A stretch of 64,000 bases of DNA from the IMG/VR virus record IMGVR_UViG_3300021399_000006, positions 78,128 to 142,127 of that record; one strand, 5' to 3'. The notes under the pieces are model-generated. The model saw nothing but the letters and a program-made list of their open reading frames with translations. It was not told the DNA's origin and ran no database searches. Of the stretch, positions 42,000 through 55,000 are shown in pieces (position 1 is the stretch's first letter; each line of letters opens with the position of its first letter). Source of the stretch: a virus. The position numbers and the translations under genes are program-made.

Positions 42000-44588
42000 A
42001 TGAATTACGGTAGTTTTTACGGAGGTCGCCGCGGCGCTTCCTTTGTGATAGTAAAAAGTTATCCTGATATTATAAGTATGACTAATGAATTTGGGAGAGG
42101 CCCAAATTTTAATGAAGTCGAATTTGATGAGTATGTTATTATTAATACTATTAATAAAAATCATCCAGATAACGGAAAAATTTTTAGACGTGGATATGAT
42201 TATAATAGCGGAAGAAAAATTTCAGGATATAGAGCTTTCTGGGAAAAGGATGGAACTGAATATGAAATTATTAATGGAATTCCTTACGATGAAAGCGGAA
42301 ATGAAATAGAGTATGATTCTGACATAAGTATATATTTAAATGCACGATATTAGCCAGATATTGATATAGATGCAAAAGGAGCACAGTATATTGGTACTAT
42401 TGTTGGACCTTCTGGAAGAGCGCCATTAGTAGAAATGGATACGTATGACTCTGTAATGGAGAAGTCCGCAGAAGAAGGTTTTTAGATACAAACTTCTCAT
42501 GGAGATTATACTCTTAGTAATGATAGTTTAATGCCAGGTAAATATTAGGAAAATGGGGTTCCTAAATATAACGATAAGATTCAATGGTTTTGTGCATCAT
42601 TAAGAAATGATAAAAATGATGATAGTATTGCTTATATAGGTTTTAAAACGCCTTATTTAGTAATAGATTTTTTAACAGAACAAATTTCTCCTTATGATAA
42701 TCAAGGTGTTTATATGGATGCTTCTGCGGCAACAAGAATTGAAGATTCTACTACAGAAGGACATCCTTTTTATGAGAAATGGAGACTTTCAATTCCAAAT
42801 GGTATACAAGGGGATAGTTTAAATAATTTAAGAATAATTACTTTTGATGACCCTACTTTATATAATAGTGAATTAAACACTTATACAAGAATTTATATTT
42901 CTTAGGATTTCTATTATTTTTACAATACTGCTGAAGAAAGATTTTTAGGATGTTCTGAAAATGAAGGTGTTTAGATTGAGTCAGAAGGATCTATAACTAT
43001 TAATCAACAAAATGATTATATTACAGTTTATCCTAATACAAAAATTATTGTATATGATAGATTTTCTTATGAAGAAAGAAAAAATCCTACTTAGCCTGAA
43101 AAAACCTATTTCGTAGGAATATATAATCAAATAAAACAAAATGGTTTTATTATTGATGACTATGGAAATATCCATATTGATTTTACAGACGGAACCTCAC
43201 TTGATAAATAGCGTTTTTTAAAAATCATTAAGAACGTGGCTTTCGAAAAAAATGATAATAACGAATTATATATGAATATAATTTTTAATACATTGAAATA
43301 GAATGAAGAGGGAGAAGAGGAAGAACAGTAGTTTGATTCTGTATCATTCCCAATTAAAATTATAGAAGATATAACATTAGATGATGATAGTGTTTTAAAT
43401 ATTTCTTTAACAGATAATTCTACTCTTAGTTTTCCTTTTAAAACAATTTCTAATATAGTGACAGATTAGAATGGAATAACCATAAATTATAGTACAAAGG
43501 ACAATAGCGGGGCTAATGAAAGTGTTTTTCTTCCTATGTCATGGGTTTCTGATTTACAACTTTTAGAAGACGGTACTGTTCAAATTCGTAGAAATAATTT
43601 TGTTAACAGTGAGAGTTGGAGGAATTTAGAAAATAAATTAAGATGGATTACTGGAGTTGATTATGATTCAGGTACGGGTGATATTACGTTAAATTTTAAT
43701 AATGGAAAGCCAGCTACTTATAAGTTAAAAATAGTTAATAGTATTGGTTTTAATGAAGAAACTAATAGTTTAGTAGTTAGATATAATACAGATGTTCCTG
43801 GATCAGAACCAACTCAAATTCGATTAACGGGAAAATTAATCACTAAGATGTCATATGATGAAATCACAGGACAAATTGTTGTGACATATACAGGTGAGAA
43901 CAACACAGAGACATTTGATTTAGGGAAAGTACCAACAAGTTTTATTTTTAATAATAGTAATCCAAATGGTGATTCTATTTTACGTATAAAACATGGTGAA
44001 GAGGATATTTTAACTAGCAGCCCTATTACATCTATATATGATATGAAAATAACTCCTGGACATCATTTAGCAGTATTATTTAATGATGCTAACTTACGTG
44101 AATCAATAAAAAGTAGTGGAAAAGGATTAACATTAACGTCTTCACGAGACAATATTTCATATGATGGTTGGTTAGACCTGGGTAGCGTATTTGTAGATTC
44201 TGGTATTTTTATTGGTACAAATTTAACTTATGAAGATTTAGAATTAACTGCGGCGACCGCTACGATTGATGATGTAGTTAATGAACTTAATGAAAGACTT
44301 CCTGGTGGATTAGGAGGAGACGGTGATAATAGAGATTATTTAAAAGAAAAAATTGTTACCGTTGGAGAAAATAATCAAAAGAAAGAATTTTATGGTTTTG
44401 ATTATGATTATAAAGCAGATTCTCCTGAAGAATATAAAGGATGGTATTATCTAGGTTCTATTGAAAGTGCAGCTGCCGCAACCAAATCAAGCTGTCGTAT
44501 GGGAAGCGCTGATGATCAATCTCGATAGGGACAAGAAATTGAGACTGAAGGTCTATACTTTTTAACAGAAGAATGGCAGGAGGGATAA
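42000..44588 (+). CDS. Structural protein D (862 codons, about 12 TAG), tail-fibre/baseplate-like
   Basis: Fragments 42000..42353, 42714..42905 and 43536..44528 are in one frame. The frame continues through TAG 44526-28 to TAA 44586-88. Confidence 0.55.
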
Positions 44589-44592
44589 TCTA

Positions 44593-44895
44593 ATGAATGG
44601 TTATCAAGGACAAATACGGGCAAGAGACCAAAGTTAGGGACATTTTTCTCCAGAACAAGATATATTTACTTTAATAAGTGAATAGTGTCAAAAAGGAACG
44701 TCAGGAGAAGGAATTATTAGTTTATCAAAATTTGGTATCTTTGCTCCTGAAGGAACTATTATATTATTAAATAATAAAGAAATAAAAATAGGAAAAACAA
44801 AAATTTATTAGATAGATGAAGTTAATATTACTTCAATAAAATTTTTGGAAAATTCTTCAAATGAGGTTATTATAGATTTTGTTGTATCCTATTGA
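44593..44895 (+). CDS. Small structural-module protein E (100 codons, 3 TAG)
   Basis: Ends at TGA, showing that TGA is still a stop. Confidence 0.4.
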
Positions 44896-45017
44896 TTGGT
44901 CAAAATGTAATAATAGTTTTAATTATATTTTTAATAAATAATGAAATGATTTAAAGGTATTAGCTACTATAAAATGGTAGTTAATACCTTTTTTAGTATA
45001 AAAATGAGGTTTCTTTG

Positions 45018-45839
45018 ATGGATAAATTAAAATATATACGTGTTCAGAAAAAAGATGGTACTTATGGAGAAAAAATTCCTGTCGCTGTGAACAGTAATAA
45101 TATTCGTATGACCAATGGAGATGACCTTCAAACTACTATTAATACAGTAGAAGAAAACATATAGGGAGTTAATAACGATATATATAGCGCTCAGATAGAT
45201 CAAGACGGAATAATTTATCCTTCTTTAAGAGATAGAATTAATACTTTAGCAACTGATATAGAAAAAGAAAAATCTTTAATGATAATATTGTCTACTGATG
45301 TTCAAATGGTAACAACAGATAGTAAAGGTAATTTTGGAGATTATTCTAATTGTGAATGTGAAGTATATGTTTATTTTGGCGGAGAAGATATAACAAATAG
45401 TCCTGATTTAGTTTGGAGTATAAAAATTCCAAGTACTGTTATTGCGGTATGGGATGCTACTTAGCATAAAATTAAAGTTTCATACCTTAGTAATAATTAT
45501 TCTGCTATATAGATAAATGTAACTTATAAAAATGATTTATCGGTAAAAAAGAATTTTTTAATTAAAAAAGTTTTTAATGGAACGTCTCCTATTACTGTAG
45601 AAATAGAATCTAGCGCAGGTACAATTTTTAAAAATCATAACGTAAGTACTTTTTTAACTGCTATTGTAAAACAAGATAATGAAGATATTTCAGATAAAGT
45701 TACTAATTTTCATTGGATAAAATATGATGAAGAAGGTAATGAAGATACTTCATGGAGTCGTTTTAATACTCAAACTATTTAGATTTCTCCTGCGGATTTA
45801 TTTAGTAAAGCAATTTTTAAATGTGAAATATCTTTATAA
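45018..45839 (+). CDS. Structural-module protein F (273 codons, 4 TAG)
   Basis: Fragment 45279..45464 is in frame. Ends at TAA 45837-39. Confidence 0.5.
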
Positions 45840-45853
45840 GAATAAAAAGAAAG

Positions 45854-48358
45854 GTGAAAAATATGGCACAAATTACATATGGGTCAATAACATTAGTTGA
45901 CCTTACTGACGTTGGGCAATTATCTGTATACCCTACAAGTAATATGCCTTTATCAATTATATACGATCCAGATCAAAATACTTATACGCCAAACTGGGGA
46001 AATAATAATTTAATATTATCTCCTTCAATTTATTATAATACAACTCAATTGGTTCCTCCTGCAACAGGATTAACAGTTACATGGAAAAGACGAGTTGGAA
46101 TAGAAGCTCCAACAAATTTAACAACAGATGAAACACAACAAACTAATGGTAATTTAGTAGTTTCAGCAAATAAGTTTACTTCTAATTCTACAATGTTAAC
46201 TTATATTGTAACTGCGGAGTATGTTGAGCCTGAAACGGGACAAACTTTACATGCGGAAGGTCAAATTACGTTTAGTCTTGTTAAATTGGCATCTTCTGCA
46301 AAAACCTGCATTATTTCAGGAGAAAATGTTTTTAAATATGATAAAGATGGAACGTTGGTTTCAAATAATCCAATTATTCTTACCGCTACAGTAAATAATG
46401 TTACAATCTCAGCTTGGCAGTATAAAAAATCGGATGGAACCTGGGCTAATTATCCCGGTTTATCTGCCGCACAATTAAAACAATCAACTCTTAGTGTTAA
46501 TACAAATCATAATGTATTTGTTAGCGATGTTGCAACAATAAGAGTTAATACTAGTGATAATAATGTATATGATATACATTCAATAACAAGATTAAGAGAC
46601 GGTGCGCCGGGTGATAAAGCAGTTAGCGCAGTTCTTACAAATGAAAACCAAAGAATTCCTTGTGATGCAAGCGGAAACCCTATAGCCCATGCTTTTGACG
46701 AAGCTACAAGTCAAATTATTATATATAATGGTGGTGTTGATGATACTTCTAATTGGACTATTTCAGCAACAGGAACAAATGTAACTTTTACTAGAAACAA
46801 TGCTACTGTTACTGTATCTAATTTAACAAGTGCTACTGGTAGTGTAACTTTTACTTGTACTCGAACAGGTTATGGAAATATTATAAAAACATTTTCTTTA
46901 GTAAAAGTTACCGCAGGTCAAAACGGAACCTCTCCAGTTATACATTCTTTAGATTGCAGTGCTCTTGCAGTAAATAAAACTACTCCAGCTGAAGCAGGAA
47001 CAGCGGTGACTTTTTCTCCTGCAACTATAACTATAAATGCATATAGACAAGAGGGAAATAGTGCTAAAGAATTATATGAAGGTCGTTTCTGGATTAAAGC
47101 GGGTAATACAGACATTTATAAATCAAATACAAGAGATGAGTCATCTTGTACATTGAATTCTACCCTTATGTCAAACGCTTCCACTTATTTAACTGTTGAA
47201 TTATATGAAAGGGGTAGTTTTACTACATTACTTGACAGTCAGACTATTGTATTTACATCTGATGGCGCACAAGGTGAGCAAGGTGAAACGGGTGCCGCAG
47301 GTGCTGATGCAATTAATGTGGTTATGGGTAATTACGCAGATGTAATTCCATGTAGTCCTACTAATTATCCTTTATCTAAGTTTACTATTGATATTCCTTT
47401 TGTAGGATATAAAGGAACCGCTCAAGTAGGATGTACCGTGGCATCTCCACCAAAAATATTAGGTATTTCTGCAAAAACTAACACACCTGCAACAGCATCG
47501 TCAGTTGGTCATTTAATTTATGAAATACCTACTTCTAAATTAGTTAATACAGCTTCCGCAACAGTGACTATTTCATTTACTTGTGAAACTAAAACAATTA
47601 CTCATAATTATAGTTGGACACGTAGTACAGCAGCAACTAATGGTGTTAATGCTAAATTATTTGAATTATATACTACTTCAGGAGATGTTTTTACATCTCG
47701 TAATTCGCAAACAATAACTATTTATGCACGGTTAATGGATGGCTCTACAGATGCAACTTCTTCTGCAACAGAATGGAAATGGTATAAATATGTAGTAGGT
47801 AGTGGTTATCAACAAATTACAGAACAAACGTCTAGTTCATTGCAAGTTAGTAATTCTACCGTTGATGGATATGCATCTTTTAAATGTACTTGTACTTATG
47901 ATGGTAATAGTAATTATACTGCATATCATTCTTTAATAGATAAACTTGATCCTATTCAAGCGGCGGTCTTTTGTTCACTTGGAGACCAGATTGTTAACGG
48001 ACAAGGAATCGGTGCTTTTTATGTTATTGTTACAGATACTGGCAATGGACAAGAGTTAGACGCACTTAAATCTGATAGATTTTTAACATCAGCACCTAGT
48101 AGTCCGGCAACGGGAGATTTTTATTACCATCTTGATTCTACAAATAAAACTGTTGTATTAAAGAAATATTCTGGAAGCGGATGGGTGGATGCAACAGGAA
48201 GTGATTTACCAACTGGAGAATATACATGGTCATTCCGCGATTCAAGCGGAAATGCTACTTTGTTTAATGGTTCAGCAACGGCTTCGGGAAAAGCAATTTA
48301 TGTAGATGGTACAATGGTTTCAGGGAAAATAATTGCAGATGTAAAAGTTGAAATCTGA
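45854..48358 (+). CDS. Tail fibre/adhesin with Ig-like repeats and a short collagen-like segment (834 aa, no TAG)
   Basis: Uninterrupted ORF with Thr/Ser/Asn-rich beta repeats and GAQGEQGETGAAGADA. Ends at TGA. Confidence 0.6.
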   Translation: MKNMAQITYGSITLVDLTDVGQLSVYPTSNMPLSIIYDPDQNTYTPNWGNNNLILSPSIYYNTTQLVPPATGLTVTWKRRVGIEAPTNLTTDETQQTNGNLVVSANKFTSNSTMLTYIVTAEYVEPETGQTLHAEGQITFSLVKLASSAKTCIISGENVFKYDKDGTLVSNNPIILTATVNNVTISAWQYKKSDGTWANYPGLSAAQLKQSTLSVNTNHNVFVSDVATIRVNTSDNNVYDIHSITRLRDGAPGDKAVSAVLTNENQRIPCDASGNPIAHAFDEATSQIIIYNGGVDDTSNWTISATGTNVTFTRNNATVTVSNLTSATGSVTFTCTRTGYGNIIKTFSLVKVTAGQNGTSPVIHSLDCSALAVNKTTPAEAGTAVTFSPATITINAYRQEGNSAKELYEGRFWIKAGNTDIYKSNTRDESSCTLNSTLMSNASTYLTVELYERGSFTTLLDSQTIVFTSDGAQGEQGETGAAGADAINVVMGNYADVIPCSPTNYPLSKFTIDIPFVGYKGTAQVGCTVASPPKILGISAKTNTPATASSVGHLIYEIPTSKLVNTASATVTISFTCETKTITHNYSWTRSTAATNGVNAKLFELYTTSGDVFTSRNSQTITIYARLMDGSTDATSSATEWKWYKYVVGSGYQQITEQTSSSLQVSNSTVDGYASFKCTCTYDGNSNYTAYHSLIDKLDPIQAAVFCSLGDQIVNGQGIGAFYVIVTDTGNGQELDALKSDRFLTSAPSSPATGDFYYHLDSTNKTVVLKKYSGSGWVDATGSDLPTGEYTWSFRDSSGNATLFNGSATASGKAIYVDGTMVSGKIIADVKVEI

Positions 48359-48419
48359 TAGTTATATCAATTATAAACATTGATATAACTATCAGTGTTT
48401 ATAATAGAAAGGAAAATAT

Positions 48420-50132
48420 ATGATAACTTATAGTTCAGCAACTTTGGCAAATATTAGAGATGGAACAGATGGAAAGGATGGTGTTCTTTATCCTAATTTA
48501 AGTCCATTCTTTTCTCATGATTTAACAGATATATATAATGCAGAAACTAATCCAAATGGCTATTGGATGGAAAATGGTTCTTCTTATGGATGGACAAAAA
48601 ATTCTAAATTTACTTTTACTCAACTTGAAGACGGTTGGTTGCATGTTCATATAGATAATAGTTCTGGAACGTCAATTATAAGAAATGATTGTTGCGTTCC
48701 CAGATATAATCCTTCTATTAAGAAAGGAACAATGTATACTTTTTTTGCGGAATTTCGCAATAATCAAAGTACAGGAATAGATGCAACCTCAAATTTTTAC
48801 TTAGTTCAACAAAGTGGTTCGGTACAATTCTGGGGAACAAATACAGCAACAGCTCCTTCTGTAAAACTTGAAGGAATAGGAGGACTTTCTACAAGAGTAA
48901 TAGATATTCCTTTAGATGGAAGCTATGTATTTTCAAGAGGTACTAAATATTCTGAACCTGATGGTGATTCTTCTCATTGGACTACAGAAGATGCAATGGT
49001 TACTTTTACGTTTCGTGCAAATGCAGGTGCGGTAATTGATTATGATATAAGATTGAGTGTTTATGAAGGAGAATACTGGGGTAATTATGTTCCTTATATT
49101 ATTAGTGACGTAACAGATATAAGAAATTCTGCGGAAACCGCTAATAATAAGATTGATAATCTTGAAATTGGTGGTAGGAACTTACTTAAAACAGAACCGA
49201 AAAAATATGTTCCTACAGATTACAGTGCTTATGAATTTACATTAACAGAACCTCTTGAAGCTAATCAGACTTATACAATTCAATTATGGAATGTAGATGT
49301 GTCACATTCAGCAAAAACTGAAGACCAATTAGGTATTAATGTTTATTATTGTGGTGGAACTGTGAGATTTGGAACATGGCAAGGAACCAACTATTTCGTA
49401 AATGGTCATGCCGATCATTTAATTCTTACATTTACGCCTACAGAAGATGATATAAGTCATTCAAATGTAGTTAATGCAACAACTAAATTTATTAGACTTT
49501 ATAACTCATATCCTAATACTAGTGGCACAAGAAATATGTCTATTGAAAAATGGAAACTTGAAAAGGGCAATAAAGCAACAGATTGGACTCCCGCCCCTGA
49601 GGATATAGAAAATGATATAACCGAAGCTAAAAAGACAGCAACTAATTATATATCATCAGATAATACTGGTATTATGGTTGCAGATTTAGCGGATGGTGAA
49701 CAACTTCCCGCAAATGCAACAGGTAAAAATGTATTTATTACAGCGGGATATGGAAGTGGAGATACAGCTGTTGATGCAGGTGTTCATATTAGAAATGGAC
49801 AAGAGGATTTAGCATTTTTTGGTAAAACTGCACAAATAGGTAAAAGTGATCAAGGACATATTATATTGGATAATGATAGTGTTGATATTAAGAATAACAA
49901 TAATGTGTTAGCGAGTTTTGGGGCTACTAGCGTGATTGGTGACGAAAATGATTGGCATCAAACGATTGCCGCCAATCAAATAACTTTTGCCAAAGGTAAT
50001 GATATTATAACTTATATATCTCCTGATAAATTATATACAATTAATGCAGAAGTAGCGGACGCTTTTTATATTAGTAATTATTCAATAAGAAATGCATCAG
50101 ATGGAAAATTAGTAATTGGATTAAGGAGATGA
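48420..50132 (+). CDS. Tail/receptor-binding-like protein (570 aa, no TAG)
   Basis: ORF track. Confidence 0.5.
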   Translation: MITYSSATLANIRDGTDGKDGVLYPNLSPFFSHDLTDIYNAETNPNGYWMENGSSYGWTKNSKFTFTQLEDGWLHVHIDNSSGTSIIRNDCCVPRYNPSIKKGTMYTFFAEFRNNQSTGIDATSNFYLVQQSGSVQFWGTNTATAPSVKLEGIGGLSTRVIDIPLDGSYVFSRGTKYSEPDGDSSHWTTEDAMVTFTFRANAGAVIDYDIRLSVYEGEYWGNYVPYIISDVTDIRNSAETANNKIDNLEIGGRNLLKTEPKKYVPTDYSAYEFTLTEPLEANQTYTIQLWNVDVSHSAKTEDQLGINVYYCGGTVRFGTWQGTNYFVNGHADHLILTFTPTEDDISHSNVVNATTKFIRLYNSYPNTSGTRNMSIEKWKLEKGNKATDWTPAPEDIENDITEAKKTATNYISSDNTGIMVADLADGEQLPANATGKNVFITAGYGSGDTAVDAGVHIRNGQEDLAFFGKTAQIGKSDQGHIILDNDSVDIKNNNNVLASFGATSVIGDENDWHQTIAANQITFAKGNDIITYISPDKLYTINAEVADAFYISNYSIRNASDGKLVIGLRR

Positions 50133-50136
50133 TTAT

Positions 50137-51360
50137 ATGGCAATAGCAAGTGGAACACAAGGAACATGTAGTTGGAATATAGATGATAATGGGAAATTAA
50201 TAATTAAACCTACTAGTGGAAGTAGTGGAGATTTACAATTTGACACCTCTTTTGTATATTTACTTTCGAATAAGAAATATCCTTGGTATGACTATAGAAA
50301 TAATATTACAAGTGTCGTGTTATCTGGATCTATAGCAAATACTTATCGCCCTTTTACTGAAACAACTATTTCAGGCGATTTCCAGTATATGTTTTATAAA
50401 TGTGATAAAATAACAAATATATCTGGATTAGGTTCAATTGTAGGGGCAACCAATCTGGCGCATATGTTTAACTCCTGTACCTCTTTAAGTTCAATTGATT
50501 TAACTTCTTTAGATGTTACAAATGTAACAAATATGAGTTTTATGTTTTATAAAACTGGTCTCACTTCAATAACAGGAATAAAATCTACAAACAAATTAAA
50601 AGAAGCATCAAACATGTTCGGTTATTGTAAATCGTTGATTAGTCTAGATTTAACAAATTTAAACACGACAGGTTGTAATTTTAATGATGAAGGATTATAT
50701 GATATATTTGATAATACTCCACTTTTAGCCACAATTAAACTAGGAAATTATTTTTATATAAAGCCATATTCTCAATATACAAGTGAATATAAAAATGCAT
50801 CTTCCACAGATATGTATTCAGCTAAAAATCTAACCAATGGTATAGTAATAACATCTGACGAAGTATTCTCAGAATTAACAAATGCTCAACGTGCGGGTAC
50901 TTGGCAACGCAATGTTTCATTTACATATAGTGTCTCTGCATACCGTTCAACATCTGGCACAGCGGATGAAGATGGTGAAAATGTTTCTTTTAATATTCAA
51001 TGGGCTACTAGTGCTACCACTACAGATCGTATATTTAGAATATATCAAAAAGAAGCGGGAGCCGTATCTTATCCGTCTTCACCTATTTTAACTCAGAATG
51101 TTACGGGAAATTCAGGAAATACTATATTAACAATAAACAATATTGGTGATAATGCATATGATTTTAAAGTTGAATTTTATGATGGGACAGATACTTATTT
51201 AGCGTTTCCTTCAATTCAAACGAACATTCGTTTAATTACAATAGATCAAACAGGTAATGTTTGTTTATATTTAAATACATCTGCTTCATCAGGTACAACA
51301 GATGCAAAATTATATGACGCTATTGTAGCTCTTAATTGGCAAGGAGACGTATTAGTATAA
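50137..51360 (+). CDS. BspA-type leucine-rich-repeat protein (407 aa, no TAG)
   Basis: Repeats ...NISGLGSIVGATNLAHMFNSCTSLSSIDLTSLDVTNVTNMSFMFYKTGLTSITGI... are typical of the BspA-like LRR fold. Confidence 0.5.
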   Translation: MAIASGTQGTCSWNIDDNGKLIIKPTSGSSGDLQFDTSFVYLLSNKKYPWYDYRNNITSVVLSGSIANTYRPFTETTISGDFQYMFYKCDKITNISGLGSIVGATNLAHMFNSCTSLSSIDLTSLDVTNVTNMSFMFYKTGLTSITGIKSTNKLKEASNMFGYCKSLISLDLTNLNTTGCNFNDEGLYDIFDNTPLLATIKLGNYFYIKPYSQYTSEYKNASSTDMYSAKNLTNGIVITSDEVFSELTNAQRAGTWQRNVSFTYSVSAYRSTSGTADEDGENVSFNIQWATSATTTDRIFRIYQKEAGAVSYPSSPILTQNVTGNSGNTILTINNIGDNAYDFKVEFYDGTDTYLAFPSIQTNIRLITIDQTGNVCLYLNTSASSGTTDAKLYDAIVALNWQGDVLV

Positions 51361-51373
51361 GGAGGTAAACAGA

Positions 51374-51622
51374 ATGTATCAATTTTATACAGCAGAGATA
51401 ATTAAAACACAGTCAGGCGAGTTTGAACATGATATCCACTGGTATTGGGATGAAAATGAACACCAAGCACAACTTAAAGGCGAAGCAAAGTTTCACGAGA
51501 TATTATCAAGGGCGGCAACCTCTGAATACGCAGAACATGCCGCTATCCTTTTTTCATCTAAAGGGAATCGTATTATGGATAAGTGTTATTACCATACAGC
51601 GGAGGTGATGGATAATGCTTGA
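51374..51622 (+). CDS. Small protein, paralogue of 56220..56501
   Basis: ...QAQLKGEAKFHEILSRAATSEYAEHAAILFSSKGNRIMDKCYYH aligns with ...RARLKGESKFYEILSAAAVSELPVHAAIMFTSEGVPVMNQRYVH. Confidence 0.4.
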   Translation: MYQFYTAEIIKTQSGEFEHDIHWYWDENEHQAQLKGEAKFHEILSRAATSEYAEHAAILFSSKGNRIMDKCYYHTAEVMDNA

Positions 51623-51992
51623 TATTAAAAAACTCCTTACAAAGATGTTGAAAAGGATAGCATTCAAGCCCACACAATTATACAACACTCGGACGGATGC
51701 AACAAAAGTTGGTACAGCTTGGGAATATCATAAGCACGCTTTTCTCGCAGATTGGGATATGATTGCAATTAGTTTTGTAGTGCATGAACATATTGAAGTG
51801 TTTTATATAGTAAGAGGCGATACTCTTGAGAGAGGTCTCACAGACTGGCCTGATGCAGGTAAATTCAGAGGATCATTATATGTTGACTGGGCTAACAACC
51901 AGATCGGTATCAGGGCAATAAATGCGGGAACAAACGGGTCGCACTACAATTTAATTCATTATCAAATTATATATGGAATAATCCCACATTAA
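51615..51992 (+). CDS. Hypothetical protein (125 aa)
   Basis: ORF track; in the higher-GC module. Confidence 0.35.
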   Translation: MLDIKKLLTKMLKRIAFKPTQLYNTRTDATKVGTAWEYHKHAFLADWDMIAISFVVHEHIEVFYIVRGDTLERGLTDWPDAGKFRGSLYVDWANNQIGIRAINAGTNGSHYNLIHYQIIYGIIPH

Positions 51993-52022
51993 ATAAACAT
52001 TAATTAAACGAGGTGAATAAAC

Positions 52023-55000
52023 ATGGCAAATAATGATAATATTATTTATGCTAAATTTAATCATGGTCGTGAAATAACGACTGATTCACGCTCTCAGTAT
52101 GCTTATGGGCAGGTGTTAAAAATAAGCGGACTGCACTTGCCCGCTAGTTTTGATGCAGATATTTCAAATAAAGGTGATAAACAAGCAAAAGTTGTAATAG
52201 GAACAGACAATGAATTACCAATAGATGATGCGTTCTTCTTGTCAGGTAAAGATGTTATCGTAATGATCAATGTACATGCCGCAGATAAAGATGGACGCAC
52301 TAAATATATTATCAGGATTCCTGTTGAAAAACGTCCTGAACGTGCGGATATTGAGGTAGAACCTGTTGAACAGGATGCTATATCTGTTGCTATTGCAGCT
52401 ATGAATGAAGCGGTTGAACAAACATCGGCAAGTGCGGAAAGTGCCGAAAATAGTGCAAATCGTGCTCATGAATCAGCAGTAAATGCAGAAACGTCAGCAA
52501 CTAGCGCATCTAATTCAGAAGCATTAGTACAGCAATATATGGAGCGTGCAGAGACTGCCGCTGAAAATGCTGAACAATCTGAAACAAAAGCAAAAACTAG
52601 TGAAGATAATGCAAAAGCGTCTGAAACACATGCTGAACAAATTGCTACTGAGATCGAACAATATACAGGACGTGCGGAAACCGCTTCTACGAACGCCCAA
52701 TCTTCTGCTTCAACCGCAACGCAAAAAGCTACTGAGGCATCAGCATCCGCAAGTACTGCTTCAACTAAAGCAAATGAAGCATCAATTTCCGCAACAAACG
52801 CACAGAACTTTGCGGATAATGCACAGCAATCTGCTACAGACGCACAAGAATCCGCAAGTTCTGCATCAGCGTCCGCAAGTAGAGCATTAGTAAATGCAGA
52901 GAAAACACAAAGTGATAAAGAGATAGTCGAACTTGCTAAGTCTAATGTGCTATCAGCTGTAGGTGAAGCGCAGAATTATGCTACGACCGCACAATCCGCA
53001 AGTCAGGCTATTCAAGATATGAATGTGCAAGCAACCACATTAGAATCTGATTCTAATGCTACTGTTGAAAAAAGTGTTGATCCTGTGACTGGCACAGTCA
53101 CGCTTACTTATGGTATCCCTAAAGGAGTTAAAGGCGAAAAAGGTGACAAAGGAGACCAAGGAATCCAAGGTGAACGTGGAGAAAAAGGCGATAAGGGTGA
53201 CACTGGATTAAAAGGTGATAAGGGTGACGCTTTTACATATGCCGACTTTACACCTGAACAATTAGCATCTCTTAAAGGTGAAAAAGGAGACAAGGGCGAT
53301 GCTGCCATTACAGTCGATTCCGTCCCCACACAGGGCAGTACAAATGCTGTACAGAGTGGCGGTGTGTATGAGGCGTTGCAGAACATTGATATTACAACAG
53401 ATACAACATTAAGTGTATCCGGCAAGCCTGCGGATGCAAAGGTGGTGGGAGACGAATTTTTTTCCGATACAAGCACCGAAACACCTATTGCACTAACTAC
53501 AACAGTTGGTAACTGGAGGCTTAAAACAGACGGTTATGCGGAGCAAAATGCGTCATACAATCTCAAAAAATATCAGGTAACAGCAGGGGATACCATAAAG
53601 GTTGTTTCTGATGATTATTTCCAGTTCCAAACATCTGCAAGCGTACCGACAAGCGGCACTCAAAGCATAGTTGGTGAGACATATACCACGGGCACGTTTA
53701 CACTTGAAGTTCCTGCTACAGCTACATATTTGATTGTGTCCACGCCAAAAACAAACAGTCAGGCAACTGTTTTTAATTTGGTGGTTGGTGAAAGAGTTAG
53801 CAAAATCGGAGCATTAACCGACAGACTTGACGCTATTGATACAGCTACTACATCAGATGTTGGTAAAGTTCTCAAGGCTAAGACCGTCACTAATGGTAAG
53901 GTGGCCGAGTGGGAGTTTGGTGATTCTGAAGCGGTTGAGGAATTACAATCTCAGATGCAGACGGTCGTATCTACAAGCTACGATTATTCGGGCAACCTTG
54001 CAGATACAACAGGAGCAGTTAAAACAGGGCAGTATACAAATTATGTCGAATTTGATTTGGTAGGGGATGGAACGTATTATTCCAATCCTTATGCCTTGGG
54101 TATTAATACAGATAGTAGCGCAAAGTATGAAGTTTACTTATTAGATGCAAACGGTGAAACGATTACTGCCACAAGAACCTCTGACGGAACGACTAAAACA
54201 AATATTGGTTTTGATTATTCAAAAATACGTTATACGTTCAATGGTGCAAATGTTACGGTTGCTGTTTATCTGCGGAACGGCAACGTAAATACTTATGAAT
54301 ACACATTGTCTGCAACCCCGGTTAAGGTTAAATATCGCACAAGATGGTGGGATGCGGATAAAGCACAGATTAATGGATTTACATATGGATATTCGTCAGA
54401 AACATACGTGCCTTACTCTGCTCCGTCAAAAGTGTATTCACCGAATCCCGATTTTTTGGATGAGATTAAAGACTACTATGTAGCAGACGGATTTATCGAC
54501 AAAACGTTAAGCATAGAAGAAAGTGCGGCTGACGCTAAAGTGGTGGGAGATGAACTCTATGACCGCAAGGGTGTTTCTTTTGATACCGTAACTGGATGGA
54601 TAAGGTCAACCAATGGTGCATTAATAACAGACAGTGATTATACCGCAACAGATTATATTCCGGTTACTCCGGGAGAAGTCATAAGGGTTAATCGCCCGTC
54701 TCTTATCAAACAGACCGATAATGCGTTTTATGGCGCAACTAAAAGTTATGTGTCTGGACTTACTACACCGCTTAATATTAATGATGTTACAGTTCCGAGT
54801 AATGCGTATTATGTACGGTTTTCTGACATGAATAGTGGTATGGTCGGATTCTCGGTTGAACGGACTGGATTGTGGACGCGAATCCGCGATGCTATCACTG
54901 AATCAGGGGGTGAATCCGAATACAGAAATCTGATTGAACAGTCAAGATATGGAAGTAAAGTATTAACCTTGCTCCACTTCTCAGACTTGCACATGGACGC

